From an uncultured Desulfatitalea sp. (GTDB taxonomy: Bacteria; Desulfobacterota; Desulfobacteria; Desulfobacterales; Desulfosarcinaceae): 64,000 nt of DNA. This document shows, in pieces, positions 1 to 9,614 of the stretch. The translations under genes were made by a program, and so were the position numbers. Each line of letters opens with the position of its first letter. Within the stretch, counting starts at the first letter, position 1. The DNA lies in NCBI GenBank assembly GCA_963668675.2, contig CAXXMB010000001.1, positions 1,216,001-1,280,000 on the forward strand, given 5' to 3'. Under the pieces are notes generated by a model that saw only the letters and a program-made list of their open reading frames with translations, did no database searches and was not told the origin of the DNA.

Positions 1-439
1 CACCATGGGATTTGGTCTGCCCGCCGCTATCGGCGCCCAGGTGGCTTTTCCAAATAGAATGGTCGTTGATATTGCCGGTGACGGTAGTATTCAAATGAAC
101 ATTCAGGAAATGGCGACGGCTGTTCAATACAAGCTGCCTGTAAAAGTGATCATTCTCAACAACAGTTGCCTCGGAATGGTGCGACAGTGGCAGGAACTTT
201 TTTACGATAAGCGCTACGCCCACACCGTGTTCGAACATGCCCCCGATTTTGTAAAATTGGCCGATGCATACGGGGCCACCGGTCTGCGTGCCGCCCACCC
301 CGATGAGGTGGAGAAGATTCTGGCCCAAGGCTTGGAGACGAAAGGTCCGGTGATCATGGAGTTCAAGGTGGCCTCGGAAGAGTGCGTGTACCCGATGGTG
401 CCTGCAGGCAAACCGATTACGGACATGCTACTGGTATAA
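1..439 (+). CDS. ilvB: Acetolactate synthase large subunit, C-terminal fragment (runs off window start)
   Basis: MGFGLPAAIGA, ThDP motif GDGS...NN, LGMVRQWQ; followed by ilvN. Confidence 0.95.
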   Translation, partial: TMGFGLPAAIGAQVAFPNRMVVDIAGDGSIQMNIQEMATAVQYKLPVKVIILNNSCLGMVRQWQELFYDKRYAHTVFEHAPDFVKLADAYGATGLRAAHPDEVEKILAQGLETKGPVIMEFKVASEECVYPMVPAGKPITDMLLV

Positions 440-534
440 TCGCGAATCTTGTATGGTGAGAAAGTGCATCGGATGACTCGGCAAACGGTCCGGCCATGCC
501 GGCGTGACTGCAAAAGCAACAGAGACGGGAATCA

Positions 535-1035
535 ATGATGAAATCGGAAAAACACACCCTAACCATGCTGGTGGACAACGAACCAGGCGTTCTCTCCCGC
601 GTGGTAGGACTTTTCAGTGGGAGAGGGTTCAATATCGACAGCCTCTGCGTAGCAGAGACCATGGACCCGAAAGTTTCTCGCATTACGATCGTCACCCAGG
701 CCAACAAGCCACTGCTCGAACAGATAGAGAAGCAGTTGCGAAAGCTGATCAATGTCGTCAAACTTCGTGACATGTCCGATGACCGGGCCGTCCGCAGGGA
801 GATGGCCCTGATCTGTGTGCACGCCAGGCCGGAAAGCCGGGATGAGATCCTGCGGCTGGTTAACCTGTTTCGCGCCAAAGTGATCGACGTGGCGTCCAGT
901 CACTATACGATCGAAGCCAGTGGCGACACTGACAAGATGAAGGCCTTCATCGGCCTCTTGCGGCCAATGGGGATCAAAAAAATTGCCCGCACCGGAACGG
1001 TCGCACTGTACAGAGAACCGAAGCGAGGGATTTAG
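535..1035 (+). CDS. ilvN: Acetolactate synthase small regulatory subunit
   Basis: ACT domain NEPGVLSRVVGLFSGRGFNIDSL; C-terminal ARTG. Confidence 0.96.
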   Translation: MMKSEKHTLTMLVDNEPGVLSRVVGLFSGRGFNIDSLCVAETMDPKVSRITIVTQANKPLLEQIEKQLRKLINVVKLRDMSDDRAVRREMALICVHARPESRDEILRLVNLFRAKVIDVASSHYTIEASGDTDKMKAFIGLLRPMGIKKIARTGTVALYREPKRGI

Positions 1036-1151
1036 GTTTCGCCCGGATACAATAGCGTAAAAATGGCAACCGACCGGAAGAGCATATCCGGTTCATATTT
1101 CACAACGAGTTGGGGCGTCACGCCCATACATTACATCTAAAGGAGAAGAAC

Positions 1152-2210
1152 ATGGCAAAGATCGATTTTGGCGGCGTCGTAGAAGACGTCATCACCGCAG
1201 AAGAGTTTACCCTTGAAAAGGCACGCCAGGTATTAGCGGACGAGACCATTGTCGTCCTGGGATATGGCGTCCAGGGTCCGGCCCAGGCGCTCAATATGCG
1301 CGACAACGGTTTTAACGTGATCATCGGTCAGTGGGACGGCGACAAGGCCTGCTGGGACAAAGCCGTCGCCGATGGGTTCGTCCCAGGAGAGACACTCTTC
1401 TCCATCGAAGAGGCTGCCAAACGCGGCACGATCATTCAATTTCTTCTGTCCGACGCCGGCCAGATGGCCACCTGGCCTCAGGTCAAAGCGTGCCTGAATC
1501 CCGGGGATGCACTCTACTTCTCCCACGGTTTCTCCATTGTCTACAAAGACCAGACCCATATCATTCCGCAGAAGGAGATCGACGTCATTCTGGTGGCCCC
1601 CAAAGGATCGGGCCGCAATGTGCGCCTGAACTTTCTGGACGGCAGCGGCATCAACTCCAGTTATGCCGTTTTCCAGGATGCCACCGGCCGGGCCACCGAA
1701 CGCACCATCGCCGTGGGCATCGCTATCGGATCGGGCTACCTCTTTCCGACCACCTTTGAAAAAGAGGTTTTCAGCGACCTGACCGGCGAACGCGGCGTTC
1801 TGATGGGCTGCCTGGCCGGCGTTATGGAGGCCCAGTACAACCTGCTGCGCAAACACGGCCACAGCCCGAGTGAAGCCTTCAATGAAACGGTTGAGGAGTT
1901 GACCCAGAGCCTGATCCGACTGGTTGCCGAAAACGGCATGGACTGGATGTATGCCAACTGCAGCACGACGGCCCAGCGCGGCGCATTGGATTGGGCGCCC
2001 AAGTTCCGCGAAGCGGTCGTACCGGTGTTCGACGATCTGTATGAGAGCGTGATCAACGGCACGGAGACCCGACGGGTACTGGACGTCAACAGTGCACCCG
2101 ATTACCGTGAGAAGCTCAACGCCGAACTCAAAATTATCCACGATTCTGAGATGTGGCGCACCGGACAGGCAGTCCGAAGCCTGAGACCGGAGAACCGGGC
2201 AAAAAAATAG
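1152..2210 (+). CDS. ilvC: Ketol-acid reductoisomerase (Bacteroidetes/fungal Ilv5-like subtype)
   Basis: GYGVQG, FSHGF, APKGSG, SDLTGERGVLMG, CSTTAQRGA; AAGGAG before ATG 1152. Confidence 0.95.
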   Translation: MAKIDFGGVVEDVITAEEFTLEKARQVLADETIVVLGYGVQGPAQALNMRDNGFNVIIGQWDGDKACWDKAVADGFVPGETLFSIEEAAKRGTIIQFLLSDAGQMATWPQVKACLNPGDALYFSHGFSIVYKDQTHIIPQKEIDVILVAPKGSGRNVRLNFLDGSGINSSYAVFQDATGRATERTIAVGIAIGSGYLFPTTFEKEVFSDLTGERGVLMGCLAGVMEAQYNLLRKHGHSPSEAFNETVEELTQSLIRLVAENGMDWMYANCSTTAQRGALDWAPKFREAVVPVFDDLYESVINGTETRRVLDVNSAPDYREKLNAELKIIHDSEMWRTGQAVRSLRPENRAKK

Positions 2211-2240
2211 TCCGTTTTATTTGACACATTGCGTTTCAAT

Positions 2241-2270
2241 AAACAGGGCCTATGTTTATAGGCCCTGTTT
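2241..2270. terminator. Perfect 13-bp hairpin downstream of ilvC (terminator or mRNA-stabilising stem)
   Basis: AAACAGGGCCTAT-gttt-ATAGGCCCTGTTT. Confidence 0.55.
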
Positions 2271-2419
2271 CGAAGCGTGAGACTCAGGGGCAACCGGAAG
2301 TAGACAAAAGTTGCATATTCACACTATTGCAGTACTTTTTGGCGGGGTGGATAGCCCACCCCGAAACTGCTGTTGATAGCTTGCTATAGTGTTTACCCTC
2401 GCTGATGGGGGAAGGTATC

Positions 2420-4012
2420 ATGGAAAAGATTCTCATCTACGACACCACCCTGCGTGATGGCAGTCAGGGGGAGAACATCAGCTTCTCTTCGGAGGAGATG
2501 CTCAAGATTGCTAAAAAGCTGGACCAAACCGGCGTTCACTACATTGAAGGCGGCTGGCCGGGTTCCAACTTGAGGGATGCCCGTTTTTTCGAACTCGCCC
2601 GCGAGGAGAATTTTTCCCATGCGCGCATCACCGCTTTCGGTTCGACACGCAAAGCCAACGCATCTGCAGAGGATGACCCGAATCTCCAGGCTTTGATCGA
2701 CAGCCAGGCGCCTGCAGTGGCCATCGTGGGTAAATCGTGGCCCTTGCATGTCGAAGAGGTCATGGGCAACACCCGCGAAGAGAACCTGGCCATGATCGAG
2801 GATAGCGTTGTACTTCTCAAATCCCATGGTCGCGAAGTGATTTACGATGCCGAGCACTTTTTCGATGCCTGCAAAGAGGACGCCTCCTATGCATTGGAAA
2901 CGATCTTCACTGCAGCGAAAGCCGGTGCCGACTTCATCGTACTTTGCGACACCAATGGCGGCTCCCTGCCCCACGATATCGAATCCATCGTCCTCCAGGC
3001 GCGAGAGACATTGGCAGGACGAGGCATTGAACCACGCCTGGGCATCCATACCCACAACGACTGCGGAATGGCAGTCGCGAACAGCATTGCCGGGGTCAGG
3101 GCCGGTGCGTCGATGGTCCAGGGAACGATCAATGGATATGGTGAGCGTTGCGGCAACGCCGATCTCATCACTATCATTCCACTGCTCAGTTTAAAGATGG
3201 GAATGGGCACCATCCCCGAAGCCAAATTGGGTACAATCAAGAGTCTATCCCGTTTCGTCAGCGAAACGGCCAATATCGTGCCGCTCAACTCCAGGCCCTT
3301 TGTGGGGCGCAGTGCATTTGCCCACAAAGGCGGGCTGCATGTGAACGCCATCATGAAAGTGCCCCGCGCCTATGAGCACATGGACCCTGCGCTGGTCGGC
3401 AATAAACGCCGCGTCCTCGTATCCGATCTAGGTGGCAAAAGCAACGTGATCTACAAAGCCAAAGAGCTGGGAGTAGAGTTAGGGAGCAACGGTTTCGACA
3501 GCAAGCAAATCGCGTCTGAAATCAAATCGCTGGAAGACAAAGGGTATCAATTCGATGTGGCGGATGGATCCATGAAGATTCTGCTGCAAAAATTTACAGA
3601 ACAGTTCGTCCCCCTCTTCTCTCTGGAGACATTTCGCGTCTCCATTGAGAAAGACAAGGACCAACCGTGCCGGGCATACGCGACCATCAAGATCAATGTG
3701 GATGGGTCCCATGAGATCACCGCAGCGGAAGGACAGGGCCCGGTGAGTGCACTTGATAATGCGTTGCGCAAGGCTTTGGATAAATTCTATCCCGACCTGG
3801 ACAGCATGCGACTGGTGGATTTCAAAGTGCGCGTCATCGACGGACGCAGCGGTACGAAATCAAAAGTGCGCGTTTTCATTGAATCCCGCGACATCGACGA
3901 TATCTGGAGCACCATCGGTGTATCCGAAGATATCATCGAAGCGAGCTGGCAGGCACTGGCCGATAGTTTTCAATACAAGTTGGCCAAAAAAGAGGACCCC
4001 AATCAAGGATGA
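2420..4012 (+). CDS. cimA: Citramalate synthase
   Basis: YDTTLRDGSQGE, YIEGGWPGSN, YDAEHFFD, GYGERCGNA, FAHKGGLH and LeuA-type allosteric C-terminus. Confidence 0.92.
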   Translation: MEKILIYDTTLRDGSQGENISFSSEEMLKIAKKLDQTGVHYIEGGWPGSNLRDARFFELAREENFSHARITAFGSTRKANASAEDDPNLQALIDSQAPAVAIVGKSWPLHVEEVMGNTREENLAMIEDSVVLLKSHGREVIYDAEHFFDACKEDASYALETIFTAAKAGADFIVLCDTNGGSLPHDIESIVLQARETLAGRGIEPRLGIHTHNDCGMAVANSIAGVRAGASMVQGTINGYGERCGNADLITIIPLLSLKMGMGTIPEAKLGTIKSLSRFVSETANIVPLNSRPFVGRSAFAHKGGLHVNAIMKVPRAYEHMDPALVGNKRRVLVSDLGGKSNVIYKAKELGVELGSNGFDSKQIASEIKSLEDKGYQFDVADGSMKILLQKFTEQFVPLFSLETFRVSIEKDKDQPCRAYATIKINVDGSHEITAAEGQGPVSALDNALRKALDKFYPDLDSMRLVDFKVRVIDGRSGTKSKVRVFIESRDIDDIWSTIGVSEDIIEASWQALADSFQYKLAKKEDPNQG

Positions 4013-4173
4013 TAACCACATGAGAAAGGCAGGATCTCACGCCGCAGGGATTCCCCCCCTGCGGCCCGTGCTTGAGCTTCGTTAAAGACCCTCTGGCCAG
4101 ATGGTTGAACGGCGCGATTCGACAGCCGCTCGACCCGACACATCTTTAACGAAATATCAGCGAGGTAGATAAA

Positions 4174-5712
4174 ATGACGGATATCGTAAAAATATTTGAT
4201 ACCACCCTGCGCGATGGTGAGCAGTCACCCGGCGCCAGTATGAACACCGCTGAAAAACTGCGTCTGGCGGTTCAATTGGAAAAACTGGGCGTCGACATTA
4301 TCGAAGCCGGTTTTCCGGCGGCTTCCGAGGGCGACTTTGATGCCGTCTCTCAAATCGCCGGAAAACTCAAGCGGACCGAGGTCGCAGGCCTGGCAAGGGC
4401 CGACAAGGCAGATATCGACTGCGCCTGGGGCGCCATCAAGCATGCCGCCAAACCGAGGATTCACACCTTTCTGGCAACATCGGACATCCATTTGGAGTAC
4501 AAGCTGAAAATGAGTCGGGAGCAGGTGCTCGCCCAGGTGAAAGAGGCGGTGGCCTACTCTAAAACCTTAACCGACAATGTGGAGTTTTCCGCCGAAGACG
4601 GTTCCCGCAGTGACCGGGACTTCCTGTGCCAGGTCTTCGAGGCCGCCATTGCCGCTGGGGCGACCACCATCAATCTACCGGATACGGTGGGCTACGCCAT
4701 TCCGACAGAGTTTGCAGACCTGGTCAAATATGTCATGCAGAACACCTCCAATATCAACAAGGCCGTTGTCAGCGTCCACTGCCACAATGACTTGGGCCTT
4801 GCAACGGCCAACACCCTGGCCGCACTTTCCGTCGGCGCCCGTCAGGCAGAGGTGACCCTTAACGGCATCGGCGAACGGGCTGGCAACACCTCTTTAGAGG
4901 AGGTGGTCATGGCCCTGCGCACTCGCAACAACTACATGCCGTTGACCACCAACATCAAAACCGAGCACATCTACCCCAGCAGTCGTTTGGTGAGCATGAT
5001 CACCGGCATCATGGTGCAACCCAACAAAGCCATTGTCGGGGCCAACGCCTTCTCCCATGAAGCGGGCATCCACCAGGACGGCATGCTGAAAAACCCCATG
5101 ACCTATGAAATCATGCGTCCGGAGGCCATCGGCTTGAGTACGAACAGGCTGGTTTTGGGGAAACACTCCGGGCGGCATGCCCTGCGGGAACATCTCAAGG
5201 ACCTGGGCTATGACCTCTCCGACGAAGAGTTGCGCCTGGTCTTCGACAAGTTCAAGACCCTGGCGGACAAGAAGAAACATGTGGTCGATGAGGACCTGGA
5301 AGCCATCGTCACCGAAGGCGTCCTGCGCACCACCGAAACATTTACCCTGGAGTACCTGCACGCCTCTGCCGGAACAACTGTCATGCCCATGGCCAGCTTG
5401 CAACTGTCCATCAATGGTCGCTCGGTCAAAGGCGCAGGCTACGGCAACGGCCCCATCGACGCAGCCTACAATACCATTGCCAAACTCACCGGGACCGAAT
5501 CGGAGCTGCTGCGCTTCACAATCAGTGCCCTTACCGGCGGCACCGACGCCCAGGGCGAGGTGACCGTGCGGTTGAAAGAGAACGGCCTCATCTCACTCGG
5601 CCGGGGGTCCGACCCGGACATTATCACGGCCAGCGCTCTGGCCTATATCAACGGTCTGAATCGGCTGGAGTATCTGAAATCACATCCGGTGGAGCGTCCC
5701 CAGAGCCTATAA
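4174..5712 (+). CDS. leuA: 2-isopropylmalate synthase
   Basis: FDTTLRDGEQSPG, HCHNDLG, GIGERAGN, HEAGIHQDG, LGKHSGRHA. Confidence 0.96.
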   Translation: MTDIVKIFDTTLRDGEQSPGASMNTAEKLRLAVQLEKLGVDIIEAGFPAASEGDFDAVSQIAGKLKRTEVAGLARADKADIDCAWGAIKHAAKPRIHTFLATSDIHLEYKLKMSREQVLAQVKEAVAYSKTLTDNVEFSAEDGSRSDRDFLCQVFEAAIAAGATTINLPDTVGYAIPTEFADLVKYVMQNTSNINKAVVSVHCHNDLGLATANTLAALSVGARQAEVTLNGIGERAGNTSLEEVVMALRTRNNYMPLTTNIKTEHIYPSSRLVSMITGIMVQPNKAIVGANAFSHEAGIHQDGMLKNPMTYEIMRPEAIGLSTNRLVLGKHSGRHALREHLKDLGYDLSDEELRLVFDKFKTLADKKKHVVDEDLEAIVTEGVLRTTETFTLEYLHASAGTTVMPMASLQLSINGRSVKGAGYGNGPIDAAYNTIAKLTGTESELLRFTISALTGGTDAQGEVTVRLKENGLISLGRGSDPDIITASALAYINGLNRLEYLKSHPVERPQSL

Positions 5713-5775
5713 CGATTGGAAAGGCGCCCCTGCCCTATCGCATTCGATACGCAAATCGAATGGCACCGAATAGAA

Positions 5776-5803
5776 AGCCCCCAATCGATTTCGATTGGGG
5801 GCT
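5776..5803. terminator. Likely bidirectional terminator between convergent leuA and MCP gene
   Basis: AGCCCCCAATCGA-tt-TCGATTGGGGGCT with A-rich left and T-rich right flanks. Confidence 0.7.
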
Positions 5804-5839
5804 CTCCATTTTATCATTTTTTAGGGTATCGGTGCGGCT

Positions 5840-7528
5840 TTACACCTTAAAGCTGTTCACCACCGTATTGAGTCCCTGTGCAATGTTACGCAGATCTTCG
5901 GCGCTGACCTTGACCTGCCCACTGCTGTTGGCCATCTCGCTGGCCGACTGATTGACGATCCCGATGTCCTGGGCGATTTGAGATGCAACAGCAGAACTTT
6001 GACTGACATTCTCGTTGACCTCCTGAATGCCACTGGACGCCTGGGAGATGTTGTTGGCAATCTCCTGGGTCGAAGAGGACTGCTCCTCGACTGCCGCTGC
6101 GATGGTGCCGACGATCTCATTGATGGTCCGGATCACCTTCGAGATCTCGTCAATGCCCGAAACGGCCCCGTTGGTACTCTCCTGGATATTGGCGATCTTG
6201 CCTTTAATATCCAGAGTGGCATCGGAGGTCTGCTTGGCCAACTCCTTGATCTCGTTGGCCACCACGGCGAACCCCTTGCCAGCTTCACCGGCCCGGGCAG
6301 CCTCGATGGTGGCGTTCAACGCCAGCAGGTTGACCTGTTCGGAGATATCGGTAATGGTCTCCACCACCTTGCCGACGCCTGAAGCAGCCTGACCCAGGGC
6401 GTCCATCTGCTCTGAAGAGCCCTGGGCTGTGCTCACGGCCTGATCAGATATCGTTCTGGCCTTCTCTGCATTCTGGGCGATCTCATTGATCGTGGCAGTC
6501 ATCTCCTCGGCCGACGAGGCAACAATGCCGGTGTTGGTGCTCGACTGCTCCATAGCGGCCGCTACATTGTTGATGTTTGCGCTCATCTCCTCTACGGCCG
6601 CGGAAACCGTATTGGACTTACCGAACATATCTTCGGCACTGGATGACATATGCTGGGAGAGCTCGGCCAGCGTGCCGGAAGAGTTGTCCAGGGTGGCCAC
6701 ATTGCCCGCCATCTCTTTGATCAGGCTTTGCAGCTTGCCCATGAAGGTGTTAAACCAACCGGCCAATTCACCCAGTTCGTCTTTGGCGCTCTCATCCAGG
6801 CGCTTGGTCAGATCCCCTTCGCCTTCAGCAATATCCTTTAACCCTTCGACCATGGCATTCACGGGCGTGGTAATCATCCGGGCAATCATCCAGGCCAGCA
6901 ATATGCCAGCCGCAACTCCCAACACGATGGTCAACATCAGTATGGTAAGTCCGGATGTGTAAGCTTCTTCTGCGTTGGTGCTCGCCTTCTCGGCCAGGGC
7001 AAGGTTTATCTCGGTCAGTTTGTCGATCTGGTCGCGCATCTTCTCAAAATTGGTCTTGGCATCTCCCAGGCTCAGCACTTCGGCCTGTTCGGACGCCTCG
7101 ACGGTCCCCTGTAGGGCCAGCTCGACCACTCTGCGCGAATCCGCTTGCCACGCCTGCCTGGCCTTGCCATAAACATCGAAAAGGGCCTTCTCCTCGTCTG
7201 TCTGAGCAAGGGCCGTATACTTGTTCCAGCGCGTCTCCGACTGTTTGAAATTGGTGTCGTACTCCTTAACGAACTCCTTGAACACCGGGGACTTGGGATC
7301 GGTGAAGATCATGGAGCGCTCGGCGACCAGCAGTTGCTGAAGATCCCGATCCGCCTCGACCAGAAAGTCAATGCTCGGCATCTGAAACGAGTAGATCTTC
7401 TCTAAATCTTCATGAACGGAACTGATGCTGCGATATCCTGAATAGCCGATAATGGCCATTAAGAGCACCATAATGCCGAATGCTGCCAGCAGTTTTACCC
7501 TGATTCTTAAATTTTTAATTAGCTTCAT
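5840..7528 (-). CDS. Methyl-accepting chemotaxis protein (periplasmic four-helix sensor, HAMP)
   Basis: Two TM segments, GDLT..L...[36 protein letters not shown] hairpin. Confidence 0.95.
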   Translation of the reverse strand: MKLIKNLRIRVKLLAAFGIMVLLMAIIGYSGYRSISSVHEDLEKIYSFQMPSIDFLVEADRDLQQLLVAERSMIFTDPKSPVFKEFVKEYDTNFKQSETRWNKYTALAQTDEEKALFDVYGKARQAWQADSRRVVELALQGTVEASEQAEVLSLGDAKTNFEKMRDQIDKLTEINLALAEKASTNAEEAYTSGLTILMLTIVLGVAAGILLAWMIARMITTPVNAMVEGLKDIAEGEGDLTKRLDESAKDELGELAGWFNTFMGKLQSLIKEMAGNVATLDNSSGTLAELSQHMSSSAEDMFGKSNTVSAAVEEMSANINNVAAAMEQSSTNTGIVASSAEEMTATINEIAQNAEKARTISDQAVSTAQGSSEQMDALGQAASGVGKVVETITDISEQVNLLALNATIEAARAGEAGKGFAVVANEIKELAKQTSDATLDIKGKIANIQESTNGAVSGIDEISKVIRTINEIVGTIAAAVEEQSSSTQEIANNISQASSGIQEVNENVSQSSAVASQIAQDIGIVNQSASEMANSSGQVKVSAEDLRNIAQGLNTVVNSFKV

Positions 7529-7609
7529 GCCCCACCCCTTGTGTAATAGTTTTTTGCAAGATATGCTGCCTTATAACATTGACCAATTCTTAAAAAAGTT
7601 GAGTTAATA

Positions 7610-8374
7610 ATGAAGTTTGACGCAAAAAAATCAGCACGGCTAGAGGCCCTGATTGCGGAGAGCCAATCTCTGGTGATATTTACCGGTGCCGGCATCAGCA
7701 CCGAATCGGGCATCCCTGATTTCAGAAGCAAGGGGGGCATCTGGACCAAATACAAGCCCATCGACTTCAGGGATTTTATGGCGGACGAGGAACAGCGCCG
7801 TGCCTCGTGGCGCATGAAGTTCGCTACGGAGCGCCTGATCGCCGACGCCAAACCCAACGCCGGCCACAAGGCCATTGCCAGGCTGCATTCGATGGGTAAA
7901 CTCAGCAGCGTGATTACGCAAAACATCGACGGCTTGCACCAGGCGTCCGGTATTCCTGATGAAGCGGTGATCGAACTGCATGGTAACAGCACCTACGCCA
8001 TCTGCCTCGACTGCGAAAAGCGTTATGAGCTTGACCATATCCGCAGCATTTTCCTGCCCGACGAAACCCTGCCGACCTGCGACGCCTGCGGTGGCATTGT
8101 CAAGACCGCCACCATCTCCTTCGGGCAGTCAATGCCGGCACGCGAGATGAAGCTGGCCGAAGAGCAGGCCCTGGCTTGCGATCTCTTTATCGCCATCGGC
8201 TCTTCTCTGGTGGTCTATCCGGCCGCCGGATTTCCCCTGCTGGCCAAACAGAACGGTTCGAAGCTGGCGATCATCAACCGGGACCCAACGGAGCTCGATC
8301 GCTATGCCGACCTGGTGATCAATGCCGAAATCGGCGAGACGCTCAATGCGGTTTTGGGAGATAGCGCGCCGTAG
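7610..8374 (+). CDS. cobB: NAD-dependent protein deacylase, Sir2 family
   Basis: GAGISTESGIPDFRS, TQNIDGLH, HG, two CxxC, GSSLVVYPAA. Confidence 0.92.
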   Translation: MKFDAKKSARLEALIAESQSLVIFTGAGISTESGIPDFRSKGGIWTKYKPIDFRDFMADEEQRRASWRMKFATERLIADAKPNAGHKAIARLHSMGKLSSVITQNIDGLHQASGIPDEAVIELHGNSTYAICLDCEKRYELDHIRSIFLPDETLPTCDACGGIVKTATISFGQSMPAREMKLAEEQALACDLFIAIGSSLVVYPAAGFPLLAKQNGSKLAIINRDPTELDRYADLVINAEIGETLNAVLGDSAP

Positions 8375-8429
8375 CGCTACCCTTCGGAAGGGATGAAACA
8401 ACTGCGGAGAGATGGCAGCCGTCCATGGG

Positions 8430-9347
8430 TCAAAAACTTTCCAGGCTGCCAATCAGCTGCCCGATGGAGGCCATGCGCTTTTCACGCAGGTAGTCACCGA
8501 TGCCGTCGACGATCTCCATGGTGCAATGCGGGTTGACAAAGTTGGCCGTTCCAACCTGCACGGCGCTGGCTCCTGCGATGATAAACTCCAATGCGTCCTC
8601 GGCATTCATGATGCCGCCGATACCGATCACCGGCACACTGACCGATTGGGCCACCTGCCACACCATGCGAAGGGCCACCGGTTTGATGGCCGGCCCGGAG
8701 AGGCCTCCGGTGTTATTGGCCAATTTGGGTCTGCGAGTGTGGATATCGATGGCCATACCGGTGATGGTGTTGATCAGAGAGACAGCATCTGCCCCCCCAT
8801 CCACCACACTTCGCGCAATGAGGGTGATATCGGTGACATTGGGCGAAAGCTTTACGATCAGGGGGCCCTGGTATCGGCGACGAACCTCCTCCGTCACCCT
8901 GCCGGCTGTTATGGGGTCGGAACCGAATGCCACCCCGCCCTGCTTCACATTGGGGCACGAGATGTTCACCTCGATGCCGGACACCCCCTCGATATCGCCG
9001 AGCCTTGCCGCCAATTCGCTGTAAGCATCGATATCGGTACCATAGATATTGGCCACTACCGGCGTTTCGATCCGCTTCAAGTGCGGCAGCTTCTCGTTGA
9101 TGAAGGTTTCCACACCGACATTTTCAAGGCCGATGGCATTGAGCAGTCCGCAAGGTGTCTCGGCGATGCGCGGTGGCGGGTTGCCTTTGGACGGTTGGAG
9201 CGATAGCCCCTTGACGACGATGCCGCCCAGGCGTTTCAAATCCAGCAGCGCTTCGAACTCCCTGGCATAACCAAAGGTTCCGGATGCTGTCATTACAGGA
9301 TTTTCCAACCTTAGGCGGCCTATGTCGACGGAGAGGTCTGGAGCCAT
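8430..9347 (-). CDS. pyrD: Dihydroorotate dehydrogenase class 1 catalytic subunit
   Basis: ASGTFG, NAIGLEN, NISCPN, KLSPN, GGLSGPAIKP. Confidence 0.95.
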   Translation of the reverse strand: MAPDLSVDIGRLRLENPVMTASGTFGYAREFEALLDLKRLGGIVVKGLSLQPSKGNPPPRIAETPCGLLNAIGLENVGVETFINEKLPHLKRIETPVVANIYGTDIDAYSELAARLGDIEGVSGIEVNISCPNVKQGGVAFGSDPITAGRVTEEVRRRYQGPLIVKLSPNVTDITLIARSVVDGGADAVSLINTITGMAIDIHTRRPKLANNTGGLSGPAIKPVALRMVWQVAQSVSVPVIGIGGIMNAEDALEFIIAGASAVQVGTANFVNPHCTMEIVDGIGDYLREKRMASIGQLIGSLESF

Positions 9348-9529
9348 TGTGCGTTCCAATCCTTATCGTATATGATCGGTCTATCCAGCCGAAATGGTCC
9401 TTATTGAAGCGCCCACTCTATATCCCATCTGCGCATCATATCAAGCGCAAAGCACAAAGCGCTCATTGGATAGCACAAGATATTCGCACCTTCCAGAAAA
9501 ACGATTAAAGGAGTGCCTGTTCTTGGCTA

Positions 9530-9556
9530 TAAAGTTCTCGAAATTAGGGTCGATAA
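9530..9556 (+). promoter_or_regulatory. Sigma28 (FliA)-type promoter
   Basis: TAAA-N15-GTCGATAA (TAAAGTTC-N11-GTCGATAA), 58 bp before the GGDEF gene start. Confidence 0.65.
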
Positions 9557-9614
9557 TATGGATATACCCAGATGGTAGACCGATACTAAAACACAGGAAG
9601 GCTCTGTTATAAAA

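Noticed and set aside
7555..7571. Sigma54-like AGGCAGCATATCTTGCA upstream of the MCP (minus strand)
   Set aside because: GG-GC spacing is 11 rather than the required 10
7610..8374. Sirtuin as part of a SirTM/GcvH-L/macrodomain system with the GcvH-like gene
   Set aside because: Ordinary CobB-like motifs, over 10 kb away, no macrodomain or lipoate ligase present
8430..9347. pyrD without adjacent pyrK as a defective pathway
   Set aside because: pyrK may lie elsewhere in the genome; cannot be judged from this window
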